Shown in pieces: positions 9,830-18,274 of a stretch of 64,000 bases of DNA. This DNA is from an uncultured Microbacterium sp. (lineage in GTDB: Bacteria; Actinomycetota; Actinomycetes; Actinomycetales; Microbacteriaceae). The notes under the pieces are model-generated. The model saw only the letters and a list, made by a program, of their open reading frames with translations. It searched no databases and was not told where the DNA came from. Positions within the stretch are counted from its first letter, which is position 1, and each line of letters begins with the position of its first letter. A program made the position numbers and the translations under genes. The DNA is taken from assembly GCA_964532555.1 (NCBI GenBank), contig CAZHIU010000001.1:4363-68362 (forward strand), in the 5' to 3' direction.

Positions 9830-10478
9830 ACGAAGCGTGTGGGTTGTGTTGGTGTCGGTGGCGGTCATGGGGTTTGTTGCCTCGTGTGCTGCCACCGGCA
9901 CACCCCCGCCCGGAACCTCGGCACCCCCCAGCGTGGGGGTGCCGAGTGGTTCGCCGAGTGGTGATCCTGGGGTGGATGATCCGAGGGTGGGAACATACCC
10001 CTATCCGAACTGCCCGGAAGGTGTATCGGGGTGCATGTGGAGTCCGGAGCACTATCCCTATGACGGGTTGATGTGGGCGATGGATGAAGTGCTGACGTTT
10101 ACGGAGTTGCCGGAGGGGACAGAGGTGTTTCGCCCGGTCGATGTCGGCCCCTATGTGGTGAACAGCCAAGGTGGTCTCGCCGTGGATGTGTGGGAGGTAG
10201 GGTTCGGTCATGTGTTCGTGGAGGAAGGTGCCTTTTGTTTGTGGATGGGCACCTGGCTCGCAGTTCGCGGTGTGGATAGCGAGCAAGAAGCGAAGGCCTT
10301 GGCCGAGATGCAGCACTTTCTCACGACCTACACCTTTCTCAACACCTACGATCCGCACTCGGCACAACCAAACACACGTGATCGGGTTGAGCGTGCGGCG
10401 CTGGGTGATCCCAGCGGGGTTATGCGGGATTGGGAACTGAACTGTTCCCACTATCACGATCAGATCAAGACCGGTTAG
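9801..10478 (+). CDS. Hypothetical lipoprotein, copy A
   Basis: Lipobox VASC, Pro/Ser/Gly linker, four further Cys; close paralog of 10557-11240; exact start uncertain. Confidence 0.8.
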   Translation: MIGRVRLSIRRSVWVVLVSVAVMGFVASCAATGTPPPGTSAPPSVGVPSGSPSGDPGVDDPRVGTYPYPNCPEGVSGCMWSPEHYPYDGLMWAMDEVLTFTELPEGTEVFRPVDVGPYVVNSQGGLAVDVWEVGFGHVFVEEGAFCLWMGTWLAVRGVDSEQEAKALAEMQHFLTTYTFLNTYDPHSAQPNTRDRVERAALGDPSGVMRDWELNCSHYHDQIKTG

Positions 10479-10504
10479 TCACCAAACGAGGGAAGGAGAA
10501 ATGC

Positions 10505-10591
10505 ATGAAGAGGTCGACGATGCAATTGGGGAGGGGCTTCTATAGCCCTTCGGTGGGTGACTGCTCTTGGGCGGGCTCGCTTGAGTACTAA
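10505..10591 (+). pseudogene. 28-codon in-frame collapsed paralog of the 9425 secreted-protein gene
   Basis: MKRSTMQLGRGFYSPSVGDCSWAGSLEY*: same RBS and MKR start, and C-terminus matching YSPSVGDCDWAGSLVY* of 9425-9829. Confidence 0.8.
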
Positions 10592-11240
10592 ACGAAGCAT
10601 GTGGTTTGTGTTGGTGTCGGTGGCGGTCATGGGGTTTGTTGCCTCGTGTGCTGCCACCGGCACACCCCCGGCCGGAACACCGGCACCCCCCAGCGTCGAT
10701 GCCCCGACTGGTTCGCCGACTGGTGGCGTTGGTGTGGATGATCCGAGGGTTGGGACGTTTCCGTATCCGAACTGCCCGAAGGAAGTTGACGGGTGCATGT
10801 GGAGTGCGGAGCACTACCCCTATGACGGGTTGATGTGGGCGATGGACGAAGCGCTCGCTCTTGCCGAGTTGCCGGAGGGGACCGAGATCGTCCGCCCCGT
10901 AGATCACGGGCCGCAGCCTGTGAACAATCAAGGTGACCTCGGTGTCGAAGTCTGGGAGATAGGGTTCGGGCAGTTATTCGTGGAGGAAGGCGCGTTCTGC
11001 TTGTGGCAGGGGACGTGGCTTGCAGCTCGCGGTGTGGATAGCGAACAAGAAGCGAAGGCCTTGGCCGAGATGCAGCACTTTCTCACGACATATACCTTCA
11101 TCAACAGCTACGACCCGCACTCGGCGCAACTGGTTGTACGCGATGACGTCGAGCGTGCCGCGTTGGGTGATCCCAGCGGGGTCATGCGGGGTTGGGAACT
11201 GGGCTGTGGCCACTATCACGATCAGATCAAGACCGGTTAG
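10557..11240 (+). CDS. Hypothetical lipoprotein, copy B
   Basis: Lipobox VASC; collinear with copy A over its full length. Confidence 0.8.
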   Translation: MTALGRARLSTKRSMWFVLVSVAVMGFVASCAATGTPPAGTPAPPSVDAPTGSPTGGVGVDDPRVGTFPYPNCPKEVDGCMWSAEHYPYDGLMWAMDEALALAELPEGTEIVRPVDHGPQPVNNQGDLGVEVWEIGFGQLFVEEGAFCLWQGTWLAARGVDSEQEAKALAEMQHFLTTYTFINSYDPHSAQLVVRDDVERAALGDPSGVMRGWELGCGHYHDQIKTG

Positions 11241-11303
11241 CCGTGGCACACGGTCGGGCTAGGCGCTCTGAACCAGGCCCGGGCGAGCCGGTAGGCTGAG
11301 AAC

Positions 11304-12089
11304 ATGTCGGTTGCTCTGCAGTTCACAGATGTCGTCGTGCGACGCGGAGGGCGCAATATCGTCGACAACATCACCTGGACCGTCACCGACGATGAGCGGT
11401 GGGTGATTCTGGGGCCGAACGGCGCGGGAAAGACCACGGTGCTGCAACTGGCCGACACCCTTGTGCACCCGACGAGCGGCACCGTCGAGATTCTCGGCGA
11501 AACACTCGGCCGCACGGATGTCTTCGAACTTCGCCCGCGCCTGGGCTTTGCCTCTTCGGCGATGGCCCGCCGCATCCCTGGCGATGAAACCGTGCTCAAC
11601 ACCGTGCTCACCGCGGCGTACTCCGTGCTCGGGCGCTGGACCGAACAGTACGACACCATAGACGAGAAACAGGCCATGCAGGTGCTGGGGGAGTGGCAGC
11701 TCGACAGTCTCGCTGAGCGCACCTTCGGCACGCTCAGCGACGGCGAGCAGAAACGGGTGCAGATTGCCCGCGCGGTAATGACCGATCCCGAACTGCTGCT
11801 GCTCGACGAACCTACCGCGAACCTCGACCTCGGCGCGCGCGAAGTGCTGCTGGGTCTGCTGGGCGGCTACGCCTCAGTGCCGACAACACCGGCGATGGTG
11901 ATGGTGACCCACCACGTCGAAGAGATTCCGCGGGGATTCACGCACCTTCTGCTCATTCGCGATGGCGCGGTCGTCGCATCGGGGCCTCTTGACGACACGC
12001 TCACCGCCGAGACGCTCAGCGAGACCTTCGCTGTGCCGATCACGCTCACAAAGGATGCCGGCCGCTACTCCGCCCGCGCCGTGCTCTGA
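11304..12089 (+). CDS. ABC transporter ATP-binding protein (ModF-like)
   Basis: GPNGAGKT, LSDGEQKR, LLLDEP, VTHHVEEI; TAGGCT -10 6 nt upstream of ATG. Confidence 0.88.
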   Translation: MSVALQFTDVVVRRGGRNIVDNITWTVTDDERWVILGPNGAGKTTVLQLADTLVHPTSGTVEILGETLGRTDVFELRPRLGFASSAMARRIPGDETVLNTVLTAAYSVLGRWTEQYDTIDEKQAMQVLGEWQLDSLAERTFGTLSDGEQKRVQIARAVMTDPELLLLDEPTANLDLGAREVLLGLLGGYASVPTTPAMVMVTHHVEEIPRGFTHLLLIRDGAVVASGPLDDTLTAETLSETFAVPITLTKDAGRYSARAVL

Positions 12090-12165
12090 TCGCCTCTTCT
12101 GCTAAGATTGACCCTTGGCGCTCGTCGTGCCCGCACACTTTCCCCTTCTCTTCGCAAGGACTCTC

Positions 12166-12420
12166 ATGAAGACCGACATCCACCCCGACTATCAGGCGGT
12201 CGTGTTCCGCGACCTCGGCTCGGGCGAGACCTACCTCACCCGTTCGACGGTGACCAGCGACAAGACCATCGAACTCGACGGCCAGAGCTACCCCGTCATC
12301 GACGTGGAGATCTCTTCGGCATCGCACCCCTTCTACACGGGCAAGCAGCGCATCATGGACTCGGCCGGCCGCGTCGAGAAGTTCAACCAGCGCTTCAAGA
12401 ACTTCGGCAGCGGCAACTAA
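12166..12420 (+). CDS. rpmE2: 50S ribosomal protein L31 type B
   Basis: MKTDIHPDY...[13 protein letters not shown]...[10 protein letters not shown]; no CxxC zinc motif; AAGGA RBS. Confidence 0.95.
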   Translation: MKTDIHPDYQAVVFRDLGSGETYLTRSTVTSDKTIELDGQSYPVIDVEISSASHPFYTGKQRIMDSAGRVEKFNQRFKNFGSGN

Positions 12421-12430
12421 AGCTGCTCAC

Positions 12431-12468
12431 AGAAGAAGGGGCTCGCGCATCCGCGCGGCCCCTTCTTT
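12431..12468 (+). terminator. Probable bidirectional intrinsic terminator
   Basis: AGAAGGGGC...GCCCCTTCT-TT hairpin between convergent genes. Confidence 0.7.
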
Positions 12469-12485
12469 GCGTTTCTCACGGCCTT

Positions 12486-13199
12486 CTAGCGGGCACGCAC
12501 CGGCCACTCCGCATCGACGGACTCGTGTGGTTGCAGACGACCGACGCGCGCCAGATATTCGCTGAGGCTGGCCGCCTGTTCTCTGGCCCAGCCGATCTGC
12601 GCGCTGTGCAGCTCTCGCGCCGAGCCGGGCAGCTCTGCGGCATATCGCCCGATGAGGGCAAGTGCGACACGGCCCGCAGCCTCGGCATCCGCCGCGGCCT
12701 CGTGTGCGCCGCTGAGATCAACGCCATAGTGCTCGGCGACAAGATCGAGCGTGCGCTTGCCGCGCCGGTAGCGATCGACCGCCTTGTCGACGATGAGCGG
12801 GTCGATCACGAGCGAGACATCGAGCGGATCGACCGCGTGCCGAGAGCACTCGGCGGCGAGCAGGCTGAAGTCGAAGGCGGCGTTATAGGCAACGACCGGC
12901 ACACCCGCCGAGAACAGTTCAGCCAGCGCTGCGCGCACCTCGGCGACGACCTCGGCGGCGGGTTGACCCTCGGCGCGGGCACGCTCGGTGGTGATGCCGT
13001 GCACGGCGCTGGCACCCTCGGGAATGGGCACACCCGGATCGGCCAGCCACGAGCGAGCCGCGATGACCGCGCCCTGTCGATCCAGCACCCCGACGTGCGC
13101 GGTGACGATGCGATCACCGTGCACATCGACACCCGTGGTTTCGAGATCGAAGACCCCGATCGTGTCGAGCCAGTCGGGCAGTGTCTCAGAATCAACCAT
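12486..13199 (-). CDS. DEDDh 3'-5' exonuclease (DnaQ-like)
   Basis: FDLETTG, AYNAAFD and AHEAAADA motifs. Confidence 0.9.
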   Translation of the reverse strand: MVDSETLPDWLDTIGVFDLETTGVDVHGDRIVTAHVGVLDRQGAVIAARSWLADPGVPIPEGASAVHGITTERARAEGQPAAEVVAEVRAALAELFSAGVPVVAYNAAFDFSLLAAECSRHAVDPLDVSLVIDPLIVDKAVDRYRRGKRTLDLVAEHYGVDLSGAHEAAADAEAAGRVALALIGRYAAELPGSARELHSAQIGWAREQAASLSEYLARVGRLQPHESVDAEWPVRAR

Positions 13200-13205
13200 G
13201 CCCTC

Positions 13206-13227
13206 ACGCTAGAGCGAGCCTCCGACA
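13206..13227 (-). promoter_or_regulatory. PafBC-type (RecA-NDp) promoter TGTCGG-N10-TAGCGT, leaderless transcript
   Basis: Minus strand reads TGTCGG aggctcgctc TAGCGT gagggc ATG. Confidence 0.75.
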
Positions 13228-13271
13228 CGCGCTCTCAGGCGCACCGCATGAGCGATCCCTAGACTGAAGGC

Positions 13272-14171
13272 ATGGCTGTCACCTCTCCCTACGCGGCGCA
13301 CCTCGCCGCGGTGCCGGTCGTGCGCCGAGAGGTCGCCGTGCAGGGCGGGGTCACGGCCTATTGGGAGTATGGCGCGGCGGATGCCGACACCACCCTCATC
13401 GCCGTGCACGGATTTCGCGGTGACCACCACGGGCTGGAATCCATCGTCGCGTTTCTGCCCGGCATCCGGGTCATCTCTCCCGACCTGCCCGGATTCGGTG
13501 AGACCGCGCCGCTGCCCGGGCGCACGCACGACATCGAAGGTTATGCCCGCTGGTTGCGCGACTTCGCGACGGCGGTCGCGCCGAACGCCGTGATGCTCGG
13601 CCACTCCTTCGGGTCGATCGTGGTCTCTGCGGCGGTCGCCTCAGGCCTGCAAACCCCAGCGATGATTCTGGTGAACCCCATCGGTGCGCCGGCGCTGTCT
13701 GGACCGAAAAGTGTGTTCACACGCATGGCGGTGCTGTACTACGCGGCGGGTGCCCGCCTTCCAGCCCGAATCGGCACGGCTCTGCTGCGCAGCCGTCTCA
13801 TCGTGCGCGTGGCGAGCCTCGCAATGGTCAAAACCGCCGATCCCGAGGTGCGACGCTTCGTGCACGATCAGCACGACCGCTATTTTTCGGGCTTCGCCGA
13901 TCGCGAAGTGCTGCGCGAAGCGTTCCTCACGAGCATCTCGCACGATGTGCGCGAGTTCGCGCCGCGTATCACCGCGCCCACTTTGCTCGTGGCGGCTCAG
14001 CGTGACGACATCACCACGATCGAGGCGGTGCGCCGCCTTGCCACGGTCTTTGCCGATGCGCAGGTGCACGAGATCGCCCACGTCGGGCACCTGATCCACT
14101 ACGAGACGCCCGAAGAGGCCGCCGCAGCGATCACGCGCTTTCTCAAGGTTCCCGTCGAGCAAGCCCGATAA
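13272..14171 (+). CDS. Alpha/beta fold hydrolase
   Basis: VHGF, DLPGFG, GHSFG nucleophile elbow, GH near C-terminus. Confidence 0.88.
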   Translation: MAVTSPYAAHLAAVPVVRREVAVQGGVTAYWEYGAADADTTLIAVHGFRGDHHGLESIVAFLPGIRVISPDLPGFGETAPLPGRTHDIEGYARWLRDFATAVAPNAVMLGHSFGSIVVSAAVASGLQTPAMILVNPIGAPALSGPKSVFTRMAVLYYAAGARLPARIGTALLRSRLIVRVASLAMVKTADPEVRRFVHDQHDRYFSGFADREVLREAFLTSISHDVREFAPRITAPTLLVAAQRDDITTIEAVRRLATVFADAQVHEIAHVGHLIHYETPEEAAAAITRFLKVPVEQAR

Positions 14172-14616
14172 GCCCCGAGATGCGGTAGGGGATCACCTCG
14201 CCCATCGCCAGCGCCGTTTCGGTGCGTTCGACCCCCTCGATGGTGAGGATGCGCGCATCCGTATCGAAGAGATGCCGGGCATCACGACAGGCCACACGGG
14301 CGAGCAGATCAATCGACCCACTGAGGCCGTGAACCTGCACGATCTCGGGGATGCGGGCGAGTTCGGCGGCGATCCGCGGCAGTTCGATCTGACGCAGACC
14401 AATGCTGATGAAGGCCTCGAGGGGGAATCCCAGCACCTCGGGGCTGAGGCTGCGCTCATAGCTGAGAAAGACACCGGTCTTGTCTAAACGGGCAAGGCGA
14501 GCCTGAATCGTGTTGCGCGAAAGCCCGAGCTTTTCTGCCAAGGCCACGATGGTCACACGCGGATCGGCCGAGAGCGCCGAGATCAAGTCAAGATCGGTGC
14601 GGTCAAGAACTGACAT
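14143..14616 (-). CDS. Lrp/AsnC family regulator (BkdR-like)
   Basis: LDRTDLDLI...LAEKLGLS HTH; divergent from the bkd operon. Confidence 0.88.
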   Translation of the reverse strand: MSVLDRTDLDLISALSADPRVTIVALAEKLGLSRNTIQARLARLDKTGVFLSYERSLSPEVLGFPLEAFISIGLRQIELPRIAAELARIPEIVQVHGLSGSIDLLARVACRDARHLFDTDARILTIEGVERTETALAMGEVIPYRISGLIGLARREP

Positions 14617-14780
14617 AGTGCTCAAAGCTAGCAGCTTGACCTGCCCTTTGACCAGGCAACATGCTCAATCGTTTTCATCATGCTTGAGCGGGGTGATGAA
14701 GCGTCGTATCCTTCCAACAAGCCCGCAAAGTTGCGGGCTCCCAAGAGCTGCGAGCCGTGTGACGGCTCACCGCGAGGAGG

Positions 14781-15905
14781 ATGGCGATGGCCAAGCAGAA
14801 AAGCCCGGTGATCGAAGAGACCGTGGGCGTCGACGATGTGGAGCGCGTGCTCTCGCCCGAGGGCGAGCGCATCCCGAATGCGCGCCTCGATCCCTATCTG
14901 AAAAAGGTCGGCCCGAAAGAGCTGCGCGGCTTCTGGCAAGACATGACAGTTGTGCGCCGGATCGACAGCGAGGGCATCGCCCTGCAGCGTCAGGGCCAGC
15001 TCGGACTCTGGGCACCGAGCCGCGGGCAGGAGGCGGCACAGCTCGGCAGTGCTCGCGCTCTGCGCGACGACGACTTCATCTTTCCGAGCTACCGCGAGCA
15101 CGGCGTGCTCTTCGCGCGCGGCGCGGCGCCCGGCGACTATGTGCGGGTGTGGCGTGGCGAAGAAGGCTCGGCCTATGACCCGGCCGTCATGCACATGGCC
15201 CCGTTGCAGATCATCATCGGGGCGCAGTCGCTGCACGCGACCGGCTATGCCATCGGCATCCTGCGCGATGGCGGCGACCAGATCGCTGCCACCTATTTCG
15301 GCGACGGCGCGACGAGCCAGGGCGATGTGAGCGAGGCGATGATCTTCGCGGCCTCTTATGGTGCGCCCGTTGTCTTCATCTGCCAGAACAACCACTGGGC
15401 GATCTCGGAGCCGGTCACGGTGCAGACCAAACACCCGATTGCGGGGCGTGCACCGGGGTTCGGCGTTCCGAGCATGCGGGTCGACGGCAACGACGTTCTC
15501 GCGTGCTACGCGGCCACCATGTGGGCAGCCGAGCACGCCCGTTCGGGCAAGGGGCCGGTGTTTTTGGAACTTGTCACCTATCGCATGGGGCCGCACACCA
15601 CCGCCGATGACCCGACCCGTTACCGCAACGACGCAGAGCTCGAACTGTGGGTGCAGCGCGATCCGATCTCGCGCCTTGAGGCGCATCTGCGCGCGCTTGG
15701 CGAGTTGGATGAGAGTCACATCGAGGCGGCGGGCGCCGCTGCGGATGCTGCCGCCAAAGAGCTGCGCGCAAGCTGCCTCGGCATGGTGACCCGCGAACCG
15801 CTCGCGGTCTTCGACGGCGTCTACGCCGAACCGCACACGGGTCTGCGCCGCCAGCGCGAAGACTACGCCGCGTTTGTCGAGGGCTTTGAGGGGGGTGCAC
15901 GATGA
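14781..15905 (+). CDS. bkdA: Branched-chain 2-oxoacid dehydrogenase E1 alpha
   Basis: GDGATSQG..N TPP motif, YRMGPHTTADD; context next to leucine catabolism favours BCKDH over PDH. Confidence 0.85.
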   Translation: MAMAKQKSPVIEETVGVDDVERVLSPEGERIPNARLDPYLKKVGPKELRGFWQDMTVVRRIDSEGIALQRQGQLGLWAPSRGQEAAQLGSARALRDDDFIFPSYREHGVLFARGAAPGDYVRVWRGEEGSAYDPAVMHMAPLQIIIGAQSLHATGYAIGILRDGGDQIAATYFGDGATSQGDVSEAMIFAASYGAPVVFICQNNHWAISEPVTVQTKHPIAGRAPGFGVPSMRVDGNDVLACYAATMWAAEHARSGKGPVFLELVTYRMGPHTTADDPTRYRNDAELELWVQRDPISRLEAHLRALGELDESHIEAAGAAADAAAKELRASCLGMVTREPLAVFDGVYAEPHTGLRRQREDYAAFVEGFEGGAR

Positions 15906-16912
15906 CCGAGATGGGTCTGGGCAAGGCGCTCAACGAAGGACTCCGCCAGGCGATGCGCGACGATGACCGCGTGCTCATCATGGGCGAAGACATCGGCAAG
16001 CTCGGTGGCGTGTTCCGCATCACCGATGGTCTGCTCGACGAATTCGGACCCGAGCGGGTCATGGACACGCCCCTGGCCGAATCCGGAATCGTCGGGATGG
16101 CGGTGGGTCTGGCCTTTCGCGGATACCGCCCGGTCATCGAGATCCAGTTCGACGGCTTCGTGTATCCGGCCTTCGACCAGATCGTCTCTCAGGTCGCCAA
16201 GCTGCACTATCGCACGCAGGGCCGGGTCAAGATGCCGATCACGATTCGCATCCCTTGGGCCGGCGGCATCGGCGCTGCCGAGCATCACTCCGAGTCACCC
16301 GAGGCCTATTTCGTGCACACCGCAGGCCTGCGCGTGATCGCTGTATCGAACCCGCAGGATGCCTACCGGTGCCTGCGGCAAGCAATCGCCAGCGACGATC
16401 CAGTGATCTTCTTCGAGCCCAAGCGTCTCTATCACCACAAGGGCGAGGTCGATCTGGCAGCCCCTCTTGCCGATGCGCCGCCGATGGGTCTGGCGCACGT
16501 CGTTCGCGAGGGAACGGATGCGACAATCGTCACCTACGGGGCGATGGTGTCCACCGCGATGGATGCGGCGGCAGCCGCCGCAGACGAGGGCACCTCGATC
16601 GAGGTCATCGACCTGCGCTCGCTCTCGCCGATCGACTACGACACGGTGAACGCTTCGGTGCGAAAGACCGGGCGTGTTGTCGTCGCGCACGAAGCATCCC
16701 GAGAGGCCGGGGTGGCTGCCGAGGTCATCGCGAGCATCACCGAAGACTGCTTCTATTACCTTGAGGCAGCCCCGGCACGGGTCACCGGCCACGACATCCC
16801 CTACCCCCCGGCGAAGCTCGAGAAGTACCACTTGCCCGACCTCGACCGCATTCTGGATGCCGTCGATCGCGTGCTCGACCGTCCGAACAGCCTGACGGGA
16901 GTGCAGCGATGA
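15902..16912 (+). CDS. bkdB: 2-oxoacid dehydrogenase E1 beta
   Basis: GEDIGKLGGVFR, DTPLAE, EIQF and HHSESPE motifs. Confidence 0.85.
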   Translation: MTEMGLGKALNEGLRQAMRDDDRVLIMGEDIGKLGGVFRITDGLLDEFGPERVMDTPLAESGIVGMAVGLAFRGYRPVIEIQFDGFVYPAFDQIVSQVAKLHYRTQGRVKMPITIRIPWAGGIGAAEHHSESPEAYFVHTAGLRVIAVSNPQDAYRCLRQAIASDDPVIFFEPKRLYHHKGEVDLAAPLADAPPMGLAHVVREGTDATIVTYGAMVSTAMDAAAAAADEGTSIEVIDLRSLSPIDYDTVNASVRKTGRVVVAHEASREAGVAAEVIASITEDCFYYLEAAPARVTGHDIPYPPAKLEKYHLPDLDRILDAVDRVLDRPNSLTGVQR

Positions 16913-18222
16913 GACAAGAGTTTCGTCTGCCTGATCTCGGTGAGGGCCTGACCGAGGCCGAGATCGTCGCCTGGCACGTTGCGGTGGGCGACACGGTCGC
17001 ACTCAATCAGACGCTCGCCGAGGTCGAGACGGCAAAGGCCGTCGTCGAACTGCCTTCGCCCTATGAGGGTCAGGTGGCTCAGCTTCACGCGGCGGCGGGT
17101 GAAGCCGTTGCGGTGGGTGCTCCGCTGATCGTCTTCGAGATCGAGGGAGAAGAGCCCGCCGGCGACGCCCCGGCATCCGAGGGTGCGCAGCCGAACCTTG
17201 TCGGATACGGTGCCGCCCCCAGCTCTGGTCGCCCCGCGCGCCGTGCGCGTCGCGGAGCCGCACCGCTTGCGGTCGATGCCACCGCGGCGTCGGCACCGCA
17301 CGATGTGCTCGCCCCCGCAGCCCCCGAACCGGTGCTGCATGAGCGCCCGCGTTCGACTCCACCCGTGCGCAAATATGCGAAGGATCGCGGTGTCGACCTG
17401 GTGCTGGTTGCGGCCGGTATCGGCGATCGTTTCGTCACGCGTGCCGACATCGACGCGTATCTCGACGGCGGCGCTGCTCCTGCTGCCCAGCCTGCCCGCG
17501 TCGTCCCGGTGGTTGCACCCGGCACCCGCGAGTCACGTCTGCCGATCCGCGGGGTGCGCAAAGCCACCGCCGAGGCGATGGTGTCGAGCGCGTTCACCGC
17601 GCCGCATGTCACCACCTTCCACACGATCGATGTCACCGCGACGATGGACCTCATCGCCTCTTTGCGTGCCGACAAGAACATCGAGACGCGCGTGGGGCCG
17701 CTGGCGGTCGCAGCAAAGGCCATCTGTCTGGCACTCGCGCGCACACCCTCGCTGAACGCCCGATGGGATGACGCGGCGGGTGAGATCGTGCACTATCACT
17801 ACGTCGACCTGGGCATCGCTGCGGCGACGGATCGCGGACTGATCGTGCCGAACATTCGCGAAGCGCAGGATCTCACGCTGATCGAGTTGGCGGATGCGAT
17901 CGCACAGCTCACCGAGACCGCGCGGGCGGGCAAGACTTCACCCGCCGATCTGGCGGGCGGAACTTTCTCGATCACGAACTTCGGGGCGCTGGGCATCGAC
18001 GCGGGCACGCCCATCCTGCCTCCGGGGCAGAGCGGCATCATGGGTCTCGGTGCGACGCGGCGACAGCCCTGGGAGTATCGCGGCGAGATCGCCTTGCGCC
18101 AGGTGATGACGCTCAGCTTGTCGTTCGATCATCGTGTGGCCGACGGGGCCGAGGCATCCCGATTCGTGAAGGATGTCGCCAGCATCCTTGAAGAGCCGGG
18201 TCGCGCGATGCTCATGCGCTGA
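16909..18222 (+). CDS. bkdC: Dihydrolipoamide acyltransferase E2
   Basis: Lipoyl VETAKA, E3-binding PPVRKYA, catalytic DHRVADG. Confidence 0.87.
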   Translation: MRQEFRLPDLGEGLTEAEIVAWHVAVGDTVALNQTLAEVETAKAVVELPSPYEGQVAQLHAAAGEAVAVGAPLIVFEIEGEEPAGDAPASEGAQPNLVGYGAAPSSGRPARRARRGAAPLAVDATAASAPHDVLAPAAPEPVLHERPRSTPPVRKYAKDRGVDLVLVAAGIGDRFVTRADIDAYLDGGAAPAAQPARVVPVVAPGTRESRLPIRGVRKATAEAMVSSAFTAPHVTTFHTIDVTATMDLIASLRADKNIETRVGPLAVAAKAICLALARTPSLNARWDDAAGEIVHYHYVDLGIAAATDRGLIVPNIREAQDLTLIELADAIAQLTETARAGKTSPADLAGGTFSITNFGALGIDAGTPILPPGQSGIMGLGATRRQPWEYRGEIALRQVMTLSLSFDHRVADGAEASRFVKDVASILEEPGRAMLMR

Positions 18223-18274
18223 TCCGGGGGATCACTACACCGTCGACACACGCATTGGGCCACCGTGAGGTCTG

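Larger units (their letters stand above)
9413..11240 (+). repeat. Diverged tandem duplication of (RBS + secreted gene + lipoprotein gene); units ~9413-10478 and ~10493-11240
   Basis: Both units start AAGGAGAAAYGCATGAAGAGGT and end CACTATCACGATCAGATCAAGACCGGTTAG. Confidence 0.9.

Noticed and set aside
14143-14171. 29-nt overlap of convergent hydrolase and Lrp genes
   Set aside because: Short 3' overlaps are common in compact high-GC genomes; no further signal
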